Origin: Alphaproteobacteria bacterium
GTDB taxonomy: Bacteria; Pseudomonadota; Alphaproteobacteria; UBA828
Assembly: GCA_965214705.1 (NCBI GenBank)
Contig: CBDCCI010000002.1
Span: 384,001-448,000 of the forward strand
Length of the DNA stretch: 64,000 nucleotides
Direction: 5' to 3'
A program made the translations under genes and the position numbers. Below the pieces are notes generated by a model that saw nothing but the letters and a program-made list of their open reading frames with translations, searched no databases and was not told where the DNA came from. Position 1 is the stretch's first letter, and every line of letters starts with the position of its first letter. This document shows, in pieces, positions 1-10,443 of the stretch.

Positions 1-232
1 CCCTTTGCCACGAGTCCTCGGTAAAGAATTCTTGATACCACTTCGTACTGTAGCCTGCAGAGTCAAACGAAAGCATCTCGGGCGTGAAGGTAAAGTAGGG
101 AAGCTCGTTGAAGCTCAGCGGGATAATAACGAAAATGGGACCGACCAAGAAAATGAAAATCAGCACGCACAGTGTCCGAAACGTGTAGTACCAGGCCCGT
201 TCCGAGTGCGTTGCGTGCAGCGGCGGCGGCAT
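1..232 (-). CDS. Polyamine-type ABC transporter permease (PotC-like), 5' part, runs off the window
   Basis: Hand translation MPPPLHATHSERAWYYTFRTLCVLIFIFLVGPIFVIIPLSFN...GYSTKWY; lies directly after the PotB-like permease. Confidence 0.85.
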   Translation of the reverse strand, partial: MPPPLHATHSERAWYYTFRTLCVLIFIFLVGPIFVIIPLSFNELPYFTFTPEMLSFDSAGYSTKWYQEFFTEDSWQR

Positions 233-237
233 GCGCG

Positions 238-1500
238 TTATCCGAGCTTCATGTTGGCGACGCCGACGATCCTGTCATAAAGGAAATAAAGCAACAGGAC
301 GAGCGCCAACAGAATCACACCCAAGGCCGCAGCCAGTCCCCAGTTCAACGTCTCGCTGATATGAAGGGCGATGATGTTCGAGATGAACGTGCCGGTTCGG
401 CCTCCAACAAGCGCCGGCGTGATGTAGTAACCGATCGACGAAATAAAGACCAGAATGCAACCGGCACCGATCCCCGGCACGGTATTGGGCATATAGACCT
501 TGATAAAGCCAGTGAAGGGCGATGCACCCAGCGAGCGTGCCGCGCGCATGTACGAAGAGGGAATAGTTTTCATCACGGAATAGAGGGGCAGAATCATGAA
601 AGGCAAGAGAATGTGCGTCATCGCGACGAACGTACCGATCTGGTTGTGGATCATTTGCAATCGGCCGTCTTCGGAAATAATTCCTATGAATACCATCAGG
701 TCGTTCAACACACCCTCGGACTGAAGCAACGCGATCCACGCGGTCGTCCTGACCAGCAGAGAGGTCCAGAACGGCAGCAGGACAAGAATGAGCAAGAGAT
801 TGCTTTGGCGTGGCGGTAATGTCCCGAGTAGGAAGGCAATCGGATAGCCAAGGAGTAAGCAAAATATTGTAATGAGTGCGCTCATCCATAACGTACGATA
901 AAATAAGAACAAGTATATTCGTCGCTCTTCTGCCTTCCAGGATATCTCGCCCTTATAGTCAACCCGAAGGTCCACAGCAGACAAGAGGTAGCTTTCGGTT
1001 ACCTTGCTCGATTCTTGATGAATTAGCTGCCAGGTTGCCAAGTCTGCCCATCGTTGATCAATCGCTAGGACTTGGTCTTTGAAGGGGGCCTCGGTGATGC
1101 GTTTTGCTCGCCGTCCCGATTTCCGGAACAAGCTCATCACTCCGGACTTTTCGTAATTCAAGCGACGCCCGGCACGGCCCAGCGTCTTTTCCTTAAATGA
1201 CTCTTGAATATCCAGCACCAGGGCTTCGTACACGAATTCCGGCGGCAACTCCTCGCTCGCCGGATCCCAACTTTGAATAGCCAGCGTTGTACGGGGAAGA
1301 ACGGACGAAACGATCTGGTTGTCGACGCTTCTGAACAGCATGTCGATGACGGGAAAAACAAATGTGATCAACAAGAACGCCAGAATAGGAACGACCAAAA
1401 GAAATGCGCGAACGCGCCTGCGGGAGGTTGCTCGCCGCAGGCTGCGCTTCAACGGCACGCCGTCGGCGGTTCGCAGGAGGTTATCGGCGGCCGTCGACAT
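238..1500 (-). CDS. Polyamine-type ABC transporter permease (PotB-like)
   Basis: LLPFWTSLLVRT, HILLPFMILPLY and AARSLGA EAA-loop motifs. Confidence 0.9.
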   Translation of the reverse strand: MSTAADNLLRTADGVPLKRSLRRATSRRRVRAFLLVVPILAFLLITFVFPVIDMLFRSVDNQIVSSVLPRTTLAIQSWDPASEELPPEFVYEALVLDIQESFKEKTLGRAGRRLNYEKSGVMSLFRKSGRRAKRITEAPFKDQVLAIDQRWADLATWQLIHQESSKVTESYLLSAVDLRVDYKGEISWKAEERRIYLFLFYRTLWMSALITIFCLLLGYPIAFLLGTLPPRQSNLLLILVLLPFWTSLLVRTTAWIALLQSEGVLNDLMVFIGIISEDGRLQMIHNQIGTFVAMTHILLPFMILPLYSVMKTIPSSYMRAARSLGASPFTGFIKVYMPNTVPGIGAGCILVFISSIGYYITPALVGGRTGTFISNIIALHISETLNWGLAAALGVILLALVLLLYFLYDRIVGVANMKLG

Positions 1501-1583
1501 GCGCGCAGGCCTAGGTCTGGCTCAGGGGCCTCGAAGGAATGGAGGTGGGACGCATGTCTGCGCCCCGCCCCATTGAGGCTTTG

Positions 1584-2687
1584 CTATTTCGCGAGCCAGG
1601 TGTTGAACACCTCGTCGAGCTCCGCCCGGTGGTCGGCCCACCAGACGTAGTCGAAATCGAAAATAGTCGCGGCGTTGTTTGGATCCGTCGGCATGTGGGG
1701 CTTCATGTCGATGCCGAGATCGGCATGGTTGCCCACGAGCGGCGCCGACGAGTAGCGCGCCGGACCGTAGGAAATGAACTTCGCCTGGTCCGCCAGACGC
1801 TGCGTATCGGTGGCAAAGTGGAGATACGCCTTCACCGCATCGAGATCCTTGACGCCAACCGGCACGACCCAGCCGTCGAGATCGAAAATCTGCCGATCCC
1901 ACATCATGGCGATGGGCTGGTTCTTCTCCGCGATGGCCGAGAAGAGGCGGCCGTTGTAGGCCGAGGCAATGACGACCTCGCCGTCCGCCAGAAGCTGCGG
2001 CGGCTGGGCTCCCTTGGTCCACCAGACCACCTGATCCTTGATGGTATCGAGCTTTGCCAAGGCACGGCTCACGCCCTCGGACGTGCTGAGCATGCCGTAG
2101 ACATCTGCAGGTGCCACACCATCGGCGAGCAGCGCCCATTCGAGATTGTTGATGGGCCGCCTCTCCAGCGAGCGCTTGCCGGGGAACTTCTCCAGGTCGA
2201 ACACGTCGGCAATGGTCGACGGCTGATCACCCTCGAAGACATCCGTGCGATAGCCGAAGGTCGTGGAATAGACGATCTGCGGGATGAAGCAGTTGGTCCC
2301 GCCCGGTGACAGCGTGCCGGCGAAGAAGTCTTCCGACGCAGGGGTCCCGTCCGGCGCGGGAGCCAGCCACGTGTCGGGATCGATTTCCATGATCAGGCCT
2401 TCGTCGCACGCGGTGATCGCGTCGGCTGCGACCATGTCGACGATGTCCCAGGTGACGTTACCGGACTCGACCTGGGCCCTTACTTTGGCCAGCCCTTCGG
2501 CGGCGTTGTCGTCGTTGACGATGTTGATGTCGGGGTTCGCGGCCATGTAGGGGTCGTGATAGGCCTTCTGCTGGCTCGCCGTATAGGCGCCGCCCCACGA
2601 CACGATCGTGAGGTCAAGTGCCTGGGCACTGCCAGCCGCCAACGCGACGCCGGCGGCAACGACAGTCGTACTCAATAGCCATCTCAT
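1584..2687 (-). CDS. ABC transporter substrate-binding protein (PotD/PotF family)
   Basis: Signal peptide MRWLL...AQA; LTIVSWGGAY, FDLEKFPGKR, SAYNGR motifs. Confidence 0.9.
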   Translation of the reverse strand: MRWLLSTTVVAAGVALAAGSAQALDLTIVSWGGAYTASQQKAYHDPYMAANPDINIVNDDNAAEGLAKVRAQVESGNVTWDIVDMVAADAITACDEGLIMEIDPDTWLAPAPDGTPASEDFFAGTLSPGGTNCFIPQIVYSTTFGYRTDVFEGDQPSTIADVFDLEKFPGKRSLERRPINNLEWALLADGVAPADVYGMLSTSEGVSRALAKLDTIKDQVVWWTKGAQPPQLLADGEVVIASAYNGRLFSAIAEKNQPIAMMWDRQIFDLDGWVVPVGVKDLDAVKAYLHFATDTQRLADQAKFISYGPARYSSAPLVGNHADLGIDMKPHMPTDPNNAATIFDFDYVWWADHRAELDEVFNTWLAK

Positions 2688-2771
2688 CTCGCTTACTCCC
2701 CTCTCGTTTGCCGGACACACCGGCGGGTTCTCAAGCCTCGCATCGGCAACACCGACACGTCTTGATCTGCT

Positions 2772-3887
2772 CTAACCGGGCTCGGCTGCGTCAACCGGAG
2801 CGTCCAGCGCCCGGCAATCTTCTGCAGCCCAGCCCAGGTTGACGTCCATTCCCTCCCGCAACGCTGCATGCCGATCTGTGTTGGGAATCTTCACAACGAA
2901 CTCGTCAGTTCCCGCGACCGACAGGCGCGCACGGATATGATCTCCCAGATAGATCAACTCCTCGACGCGACCGACAATCGAGTTATCCGCCTCCCCGTCT
3001 TCACACGCGACGATAACGCGCTCGGGACGAAGAGACAGGGTCGTGCGTGCGCCTGCCCCCTCGACCTTTACATTGAGGGCTCGAATGGTGCCACCACCAT
3101 CCAAATTCACTTGGCAATGGTTCCCTTCAACGGAATTAACCTTGCCGCACAAACGATTGTTCTCGCCGATAAACTGCGCAACGAAGGCGTTCTCCGGTTG
3201 CTCGTACAGCGCGCTAGGACTTGCCAATTGCTGAATTACACCATCATTAAAGACCGCAATACGATTGGACATGGTCAATGCTTCGGACTGATCGTGCGTG
3301 ACGTAGACGATCGTGACGCCGAGCTCTTCGTGAAGATGCTTGATTTCGTACTGCATCTCCTCTCGCAGATTCTTGTCCAAGGCGCCGAGAGGCTCATCCA
3401 TAAGCACCAAGTCAGGCTCGAATACCAATGCCCGTGCCACCGCCACGCGTTGCTGCTGGCCGCCCGAGAGTTGGCCGGGCCGGCGGCCACCGAAGTCCGG
3501 CAGGCGAACCATGTCCAGCGCGCGCTTGACTTTCGCCTCGACCTCCGATTTCGGAATCCTTCGGACTTTCAAAGGAAACGCCAGGTTCTCCGTGACTGTC
3601 ATGTGCGGAAACAGCGCGTAATCCTGGAAGACCATACCGATATTTCGTCGATGAGGGGCAACCTTATTGATCGGCCGCTCGTTCAAGTATATTTCGCCAT
3701 GGGTTGCCGGCTCAAATCCAGCCAGCATCATCAGGCACGTGGTCTTTCCGGACCCCGAGGGGCCCAGCATCGTCAAGAATTCGCCAGTCTTGATACTCAA
3801 ATTGAGATCTTTGACGACCAGAGTCTCGCCATCGTAGCTCTTTTGCACGCGGTCAAAGACCACGATATCCCGGGCATCCTGGGTCAT
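2772..3887 (-). CDS. potA: Polyamine-type ABC transporter ATP-binding protein
   Basis: Walker [17 protein letters not shown] signature, [14 protein letters not shown]-like C-terminus. Confidence 0.9.
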   Translation of the reverse strand: MTQDARDIVVFDRVQKSYDGETLVVKDLNLSIKTGEFLTMLGPSGSGKTTCLMMLAGFEPATHGEIYLNERPINKVAPHRRNIGMVFQDYALFPHMTVTENLAFPLKVRRIPKSEVEAKVKRALDMVRLPDFGGRRPGQLSGGQQQRVAVARALVFEPDLVLMDEPLGALDKNLREEMQYEIKHLHEELGVTIVYVTHDQSEALTMSNRIAVFNDGVIQQLASPSALYEQPENAFVAQFIGENNRLCGKVNSVEGNHCQVNLDGGGTIRALNVKVEGAGARTTLSLRPERVIVACEDGEADNSIVGRVEELIYLGDHIRARLSVAGTDEFVVKIPNTDRHAALREGMDVNLGWAAEDCRALDAPVDAAEPG

Positions 3888-4487
3888 TCAAACACCAATC
3901 TTCACAAAGAAAGCTCCGCGTTCGACAGTCTGCATACACGATGCATTCCCCGCTCCTGTCGCAAACATTCGGTCTGCGACAATGGAGACTCCACACCTTC
4001 ACCGGCTAGCGGTCTCAGAAAACATTCTCCTATCATTGTGACTGGAGAGTGCAGCTTAGAGGGGTCATGGTCGATTTACGTAATGCGTATTGCACGAATG
4101 TGTGGTCGCCAGTTGCAGGAAACCTGTCCATCGCCCAGCGCCGCATCGTCCCCGCCGAAACAGTTACTGTTCAGTTGTACAACAGCAAGATATGGCGTGG
4201 CTGCCATGCTTCACCGATCCACTCTTTGGCTACGACTGCAGCTGCTACCGCGGGCCGGATAAATTGGTTCGGAGGCGGCGCGGCGGCGCACACTTGCGAT
4301 TGTTAACTGCTCGGTTAACTGGGACACGCTATCGGCAACCCGATGCCGCTTTAGCCTCACGAAACCTCCCACCTTCTTATCAAGCACCACGCTGATGTGC
4401 TTGCTGGCTCTTGAACCGGCCGAACCAAGGTCAATCCTGTGGTCACGGAATTGGCTTGTCAACGGCATTTTCGATGTTGGGCTCGTC

Positions 4488-4830
4488 CATGTTTGAGGCT
4501 GCGCCCAACAGCGAACAACTTCTCGACGAGGCCGCCAAAGGCGGCGGCCATCTCGGCTCCATCGTCGCCGCCCTCCTGCGCCTGCTCGACGAGTACGGCG
4601 CCGCCGAGCTCGAGGCCGGCATCGACGAGGCGCTCAAGCGCGGCGTCCCCCATCCCAACGCCGTGCGCCTCAGCCTTACCCGGCGCCGCGAACAGCAGGA
4701 CAAGCCGCCGCCCATCCCGGTCGAGTTGCCCGACGACCCGAAGGTGCGCGACATCGCCGTCCGCGACCACGACCTGACGCAATACGACGGGCTGGCCGAC
4801 GAAGACGAGGAGGAGGACAGCCAAGAATGA
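4488..4830 (+). pseudogene. istA: IS21 transposase IstA C-terminal remnant
   Basis: LLRLLDEYGAAELEAGIDEAL...HDLTQYD tail; stop overlaps the istB start (ATGA). Confidence 0.75.
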
Positions 4831-5627
4831 GCGATACCCTCAAGGACCGTGCCCGGTCGCTCGGCCTGCACGGCCTCATCGCCCACTGGGACGAGGTCGG
4901 CGAGTGTGACTGGCTGACCACGCTCATCGCCTGGGAAGAAGACGAGAGACGCGCCCGCAGCCTCAAGCGCCGCCTCGCCGATGCCCGGCTCGGTGACTTC
5001 AAGCCGCTCGCCGACTTCAACTGGGACTGGCCCCGCCGCTGCGACCGCATGGCCGTCGAGGACCTCATGGGCCTCGACTTCCTCAAGGAGGCCGCCAACG
5101 TCGTCCTGGTCGGACCCAACGGCGTCGGCAAATCGACGATCGCCGCCAATATCGCCCACCGCGCCGTCCTCGAGGGCCATACCGTGCGCTTCGCCACCGC
5201 TGCCAGCATGCTCGGCGAGCTCGCCGCCATCGACTCCGACACCATGCTCCAGCGAAAGCTGCGCTTCTACGCCCGCCAGCACCTGCTGGTGATCGACGAG
5301 GTGGGGTACCTGTCCTACAGCAACCGCCACGCCGACCTGCTGTTCAACATCGTCTCAAGCCGCACCCACCGGAACACCACGATCATCACCACCAACCGGC
5401 CGTTCGCCGAGTGGGACAAGGCCTTCCCCAACGCCACCTGCGTCGTGGCGCTGGTCGACCGCCTCGTCCACAACGCCGAGATCGTCGCCATCGACGGCGA
5501 TTCCTACCGCCGCAAGGAGGCCGAGGAGCGCCAGAAGCAACGCAGCGCAGAGCGCCGCCGCCGGCGCGAGGCAAAAGCGCGCCGCAGATCCGCCAAGGGC
5601 GGCCCGCAGGACACCGGGGGCGCCTGA
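4827..5627 (+). CDS. istB: IS21 helper ATPase IstB
   Basis: GPNGVGKS, LLVIDEVGY, IITTNRPFAEW, LVDRLVHNA, GDSYR. Confidence 0.92.
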   Translation: MSDTLKDRARSLGLHGLIAHWDEVGECDWLTTLIAWEEDERRARSLKRRLADARLGDFKPLADFNWDWPRRCDRMAVEDLMGLDFLKEAANVVLVGPNGVGKSTIAANIAHRAVLEGHTVRFATAASMLGELAAIDSDTMLQRKLRFYARQHLLVIDEVGYLSYSNRHADLLFNIVSSRTHRNTTIITTNRPFAEWDKAFPNATCVVALVDRLVHNAEIVAIDGDSYRRKEAEERQKQRSAERRRRREAKARRRSAKGGPQDTGGA

Positions 5628-5639
5628 GGCGGCGCAGCC

Positions 5640-6551
5640 GTGGAGTACCTCCACCCATGGGATCGCCGCGTGCGGGCGGAGGTCCTGCGAAGCCGTCCCC
5701 TCGAAGACGTCCTCCGCGCCCTCGGCTACTGCCGCGATCCCGGCGACGACACACGGTGGAGGCGTCTCGGATCGGTCGTCACCATCAACGGCTTCATGTT
5801 CTACGACCATCTGTGCGGGGAGGGCGGCGCCGGAGCCATCGACCTGGTGCTCCATGCAAACCGATGCACCGTGCCCGACGCCCTGGCCTTCCTCTCGGAA
5901 CTGCCGGACCGCCCCCGGCGTCCCTCCAAGTGCCTCCGCCCACGGCCGCCGCAGCGGCACTGGCCCGCAGTGGAACGCTACCTCGTCAACCAGCGCGGCC
6001 TCTCACCCTCACTCCTCGCCTTGTGCCGTGACCTCGGGCTGGTCCACGCCGACCGCAACGGCAATGCCGTGTTCGTCCGTCGAGACGCCGCCGGGAACGC
6101 GACCGGCACCGAGGTCGTCCCCACCGGCGCCCGGTGCAAAGCAGCGGCCGGCGCCAGCGAAGCCGCCACAGCCCCGATCATGCACGGCGGCTTCTGGGTG
6201 TCCTGGGAACTCGACTGGCCGCTCTCCGTGCTCATCGCAAAGAGCGCCATCGACGCCCTGTCAGCGCTCTCCCTCCGTCTCATGCCGGCCGAGCGCAGGG
6301 AATGCGCCGTGATCTCCACCGCCGCCGTCACTGCAAACTTCCCAGCGTGGATCGAGGACTGGAACCCCCGACGTATCTTCTGTGCCTACGACGCTACCCC
6401 CGGCGGCGATGACGCCGCCCAGCGCCTGTTCCGAAGCGACAACAGGGTCGTCCGCGTGCGCCCGGCCCTGGACGGTGACGACTGGAACGACATGCTCAGG
6501 CGCGACCTCGAAGGCAATGTGCTCGAGATCGACGATCGGCTCATCGGTTGA
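5640..6551 (+). CDS. DUF3991/TOPRIM-domain primase-like protein
   Basis: GAGAIDLV, YLVNQRGLS, ADRNGNAVF, KSAIDALS, AYDATPGGD, DWNDML. Confidence 0.7.
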   Translation: MEYLHPWDRRVRAEVLRSRPLEDVLRALGYCRDPGDDTRWRRLGSVVTINGFMFYDHLCGEGGAGAIDLVLHANRCTVPDALAFLSELPDRPRRPSKCLRPRPPQRHWPAVERYLVNQRGLSPSLLALCRDLGLVHADRNGNAVFVRRDAAGNATGTEVVPTGARCKAAAGASEAATAPIMHGGFWVSWELDWPLSVLIAKSAIDALSALSLRLMPAERRECAVISTAAVTANFPAWIEDWNPRRIFCAYDATPGGDDAAQRLFRSDNRVVRVRPALDGDDWNDMLRRDLEGNVLEIDDRLIG

Positions 6552-6702
6552 AAACAGCAGGGTCCCTCAGCCAAACCTGCAAGGCCGCTCTCGCACCACC
6601 GCGATCACCACCACCCACATCACCAGCCTGACCGCGCTCAGCACTGTGGATCGGCGCTACGCCGATCGACGCTCCAACACGCCAAGATGTCCAAATGAGC
6701 GA

Positions 6703-6815
6703 AACCGCTTATGCACAATGCTCCGGTGAAACGCACATGTAGCGTCTGACGGGCCTGGAATAGTCGACATTGGTGGCAATATCATGTGCCACCGGAGCCA
6801 AGTGCATAAGCGGTT
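6703..6815. mobile_element. 113-bp MITE with 14-bp perfect TIR and 6-bp TSD
   Basis: AACCGCTTATGCAC (6703-16) / GTGCATAAGCGGTT (6802-15); GAGCGA on both sides (6697-6702, 6816-21). Confidence 0.85.
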
Positions 6816-6850
6816 GAGCGAATACCCGCGCTTTTGCGCGCTCGCCAACA

Positions 6851-8997
6851 CATCGTCGCGCAGGCGCGTCCGCTCGAGCGCCTCGACCGCGCCGGCAAGC
6901 GCGGCCGATCCACCCGGCATGGCGTGGAGATGGCGCCCGGCGTCGCCGTCCGCTGCGAGCCTCGTCCGTGCCTCTTCCAGAAGTGCCGCTCCTTCCTCGC
7001 GCCAGGCGGCGTACCGGGGAAGCTCTTCCACCGGCAGTCCCCGCGCGGAGGCCGCCCAGCCGAGCTCCGGCCAGCGCCGCCAGTTCTCCTGGATCCGCCC
7101 GGTCAGGTTCCTCACCTCCCGGTCGCGCGCCAGATGCCCCTCGTGCTCCGCCAGCATGGTGTCGGTGAGGCGGCGCATGTCGGCCGGCAGGTCCTCGATC
7201 GTGGACAGCGCCGCCGCCCGCGCCATCACGCCCTCGTAGCCGGGAAGGAAGAAGGGTGCCGTCGCCGTCTCTTCGGCCTGTCGCCGAATAGCTTTCCAGT
7301 CTTCGGCCAGGGCTGCGAACACTTCCAGGTCCACGGCCGGTATCGCCGCGGGATCGACGCCCAGCGCCTCCAGCGCACCGTCCTCCATCACGGCTCGCGC
7401 CTCGAGAAGCTCGACCAGCGCCTCGCGGTCGTCGGTCAGCAGCAGGAAGTTGTCGCTCACCCGGCTGAGCTCGACGTGGAACAGCTGCCGATCCGCCGCG
7501 CCGCCGGCATCGAGAACCGCGATCGCCGCGCGCGCCGTCCGCCCCTGCGCCGCGTGCACGGTCGAGCACCAGGCATGATCGAGATGACGGAGCTGTGGGT
7601 GCGTCAGCCCGAGATTGAACTCGCGGCCTTCCCCGTCGCGGAAGCGCACCCGCCTGTAGTCGATCTCCACGATCTCCGCTTCGCCGCCGTTGACCAGGTC
7701 GGGCGCGCCGGTCTGGGCGAAGCTCCTGGGCGGCACCTTGTGGTTGCGGGTCCAGCGGATGCGGTCGCCGGCGCGCACCTCGATCCGCTCCGTGTCGCAG
7801 ATGCGCAGATACCACGCCGCGTTGCCCGAGGGCCGGAAGCGGCGCTCCTCGCCGTCGGGGTGGGCAAGGATCACCATGCCCTCCTCGGTGCCGGCGACGG
7901 TGCAGATATCGTCCTTGCGGCATCCGTAGTGGTCGCGGTGGAACACGGCGATGTCGCCAGGCTCGTAGCTGCGGATGTCAGAGGCCTGCGCCCGGGTGAG
8001 GCGGCGATCGACCAGCCGGTCTATCTCCAGCGTCCGCCCATGCACAATGCCCTCCCGTTCCAGTCCCACGCGCACCGCCTCGTTGACCTGACGGCGGATC
8101 GTGTGGGTGGGCGCGAGCAGCAGGGTATCGTCCCGCTCCTCCGGCGGCAGCGCGAGCCAGTACATCGCCGCCTCGCGGCCGAGCTCTTCCCGAGGCGCTT
8201 CACGCACCCGATCCCCGAGGCCCTCGATCGCCGCACCCGGCTCGCCCTCCCGTGTCAGGAAGACGGCCCTGAGCAGATCGCGGTCGCGCTGCCGCACCAC
8301 CTCGTCCATGGTGGCGGTCGCCATGCCCGCCTTCTGCAGCAGCCGGAAGGGCTGGCCCGCATCGACCGCCCACAGCTGCGCCGTGTCTCCCACCAGGGCC
8401 ACGCGCGCCACACCAAGCTCGCGCGCGATGCGCAGCAGTTCTTCCATGCGCACGGTGTCGATCATCGAGGCCTCGTCGACGGCCAGCACCCCGCGCCCAT
8501 ACGCCGCCCGGCCCCGCGCCAGCCCCTCCGGATCAGAGAGGTCCCCGAAGCGGGCGAGGAAGTACTGCAGGGTGCGGGACGGAATCCCAGCTTCCCGTTC
8601 CAGCACCCGCGCAGCGGCGGCAGACGGCGCGAGGCCGTGGATCTTCCTCTCGCCGAGGAGCTCACTCACCTCGCGCAGCATCGTCGTCTTGCCGCTGCCG
8701 GCATGGCCCTGGACGCCGATGACGAGGTCGTCCGAGAGCAGCACCGCCCGGACCGCCTCCTTCTGGCCCCTGGTCAGGCGGCTCGCGTCGAGCCGCTTCT
8801 CCACCGTCTCCCCGTTCGCCAGCGCCATGCCCTTTCCGCGCCCCGCCCGCATCGCGGCCAGCACGCGGCGTTCGGCCTTCACCGCCCGGTCGGTGACGAA
8901 GGCCCGGTCCATGCCCCGGCGCTCGACCTCGATCAGATCGCCGTCCCTGACCAGGCGCCCGATCGCCGCGTCGATCCCCGACAGCGTGTAGCGCCCC
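6851..8997 (-). pseudogene. MOBF (TrwC/TraI-like) relaxase-helicase remnant, helicase portion only
   Basis: VQGHAGSGKTT, LAPSAAAA, VDEASM, LVGDTAQL, GDRIRWTRN, HAWCSTVHAAQGRT; both ends replaced by transposon ends. Confidence 0.85.
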
Positions 8998-9202
8998 GGC
9001 GCTTGCCCACCGCCTGACCACACTCGCCGATCTCGCGCCCACCGCTCCACAGCTTCAACAGCAATGAGGATATTGCTGAGGATCAAAAGAAGAGCCGCGG
9101 ACAGCGCCCTTTCCGCATTCAGCCAACATCCCCGGAAATCCGTCGTCGGATCAGTGTGACCAAAAAGCCCGGCCTTCTATCGACTTAAACTGCGAAACAA
9201 CA
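8998..9202 (-). mobile_element. Orphan end of the TGTTGTTT transposon family seen at 38037-42589
   Basis: Homologous to 42386-42589; terminus TGTTGTTTCGCA (minus strand) matches the 38037 end over 12 bp. Confidence 0.8.
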
Positions 9203-9963
9203 CCGGCCTCGACCATGTGGTGTCCTCGGGCGGTCATGTCACGGTGCGGGTGAACACCGGATCCCTGCCGTTCCGAACGGCCGACGGCGCGCCGTTCGAC
9301 CTGTTGGCGCAAGTCACGACGCTCAAGCGCGCCGGCGCCGTGCGAGCGTGGCCTGCGGTGGCAGTCGGGGACGGCATCGCGGTGCCGGGGCGCGTGTGCG
9401 CGATCAGAAAGACGCAGGAAGCCATCCGGATCGCGCACCGGAAAGTGCGCAAGGAGGCCACGCGCAGAGGCAAGCAGCCTCAACCGCAGACCCTCGAGTT
9501 CGCACGGTACGTCATCGTGTTCACCACCTTCCCCGAGGCGACCTTCACCGCCGCCCAGGCTCTCGAGTGGTATCGCATCCGCTGGCAGGTCGAACTGGTG
9601 TTCAAGCGCTTCAAGTCCCTGGCACAGCTGGGACATCTGCCCAAATACGACGACGAAAGCGCCAAGGCGTGGCTCTACGGCAAACTCCTGGTGGCGCTGC
9701 TGGTGGAAAAGCTGATCCACCACGCCACCGCGGTTTCCCCCTGGGGGTACCGCGTGGAGGCGATCCCGCCCGCACAGCCCATGGCGTGACTTCAAATTCA
9801 TGCTCAACCAACTGGCGCGAGCCATCGAGCCCCAACTACCTCTTAATCAGGTGATCGCCGAATGGAACCAAATCTCCAGATCACTGGCCGAACCGCCCCG
9901 ACGACGCCTGACCCAAATCGCGGAACATTTCATCGAAGCGCCCCAAACAAGTTAGCGCATATG
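9203..9963 (+). mobile_element. IS4-family (IS186-like) transposase 3' remnant with right end
   Basis: ORF 9217-9789 has YRIRWQVELVFKRFKS; ends in AACAAGTTAGCGCATATG. Confidence 0.8.
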
Positions 9964-9969
9964 CCCCCC

Positions 9970-10153
9970 CATAAGCGCTAACTTGTTCGCCCGCACCGTG
10001 TCCCCGCGCATTTCGACAACCGGAATTGGCAGCGATGAAGCGATTCGGCGGACGAATTCGGAGATTTCGGCCCTCTCGCCGGGCGCTCGGGGCGGCTCCA
10101 AGGGGGATTCGACGGTGCGCGACACCAGTCCACCAAACAAGTTAGCGCCTATG
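9970..10153. mobile_element. 184-bp MITE with IS186-like TIRs
   Basis: CATAAGCGCTAACTTGTT ... AACAAGTTAGCGCCTATG (17/18), flanked by C-runs. Confidence 0.85.
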
Positions 10154-10221
10154 CCCCCCCCCCGCGCGGGGGGCGCGGATTGAAACCGACGCAGGCCGGT
10201 GAATTGCCGGGCTTGCCGGTC
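10154..10221 (+). CRISPR. Single type I-C-like CRISPR repeat remnant, plus a possible 32-bp spacer
   Basis: C10-GCGC-G6-CGCGGATTGAAAC resembles GTCGCCCCCCGCGCGGGGGCGCGGATTGAAAC; 32 bp later GTC; only one repeat and no cas genes. Confidence 0.55.
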
Positions 10222-10410
10222 CTCCATTTCGTGATCGACCGGGACGGGCGCCTTCGCGATTATGGTATCCAGAAGAGCGGCGGCCACTATCTTCTGGATC
10301 GCGCCGTCATCGACATGATCGAGCGTTCTCGACCGCTTCCGCCGATCCCGGATCATCTGGGGCAGAGGCGACTCGCGCTGACCGTGCCGGTTCAGTTTGT
10401 ACTGCGTTAG
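10219..10410 (+). pseudogene. TonB C-terminal domain fragment
   Basis: FVIDRDG...KSGGHYLLDRAV...PLPPIP...LTVPVQF. Confidence 0.75.
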
Positions 10411-10443
10411 GGCATGTCTGCCATTGGGAGGGACGAAGCAATC

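Larger units (their letters stand above)
4488..6850 (+). mobile_element. IS21-like element, left part lost, with TOPRIM passenger gene
   Basis: istA tail, istB and toprim gene in one run; ends ...CGCCAACA (TGTTGGCG on the minus strand) at 6850 where the trwC remnant is cut. Confidence 0.65.

Noticed and set aside
3890-4487. tRNA or att site at the island's left border
   Set aside because: No cloverleaf or T-loop motif and no repeated att core found by eye
6657-9086. The 809-aa ORF as an intact protein
   Set aside because: Its first 30 or so and last 60 or so residues are read-through from transposon ends; the relaxase domain is absent
8996-9207. CCGGC on both sides of the orphan transposon end as a TSD
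   Set aside because: The flanks belong to different genes and only one true terminus is present; likely chance or a deletion scar
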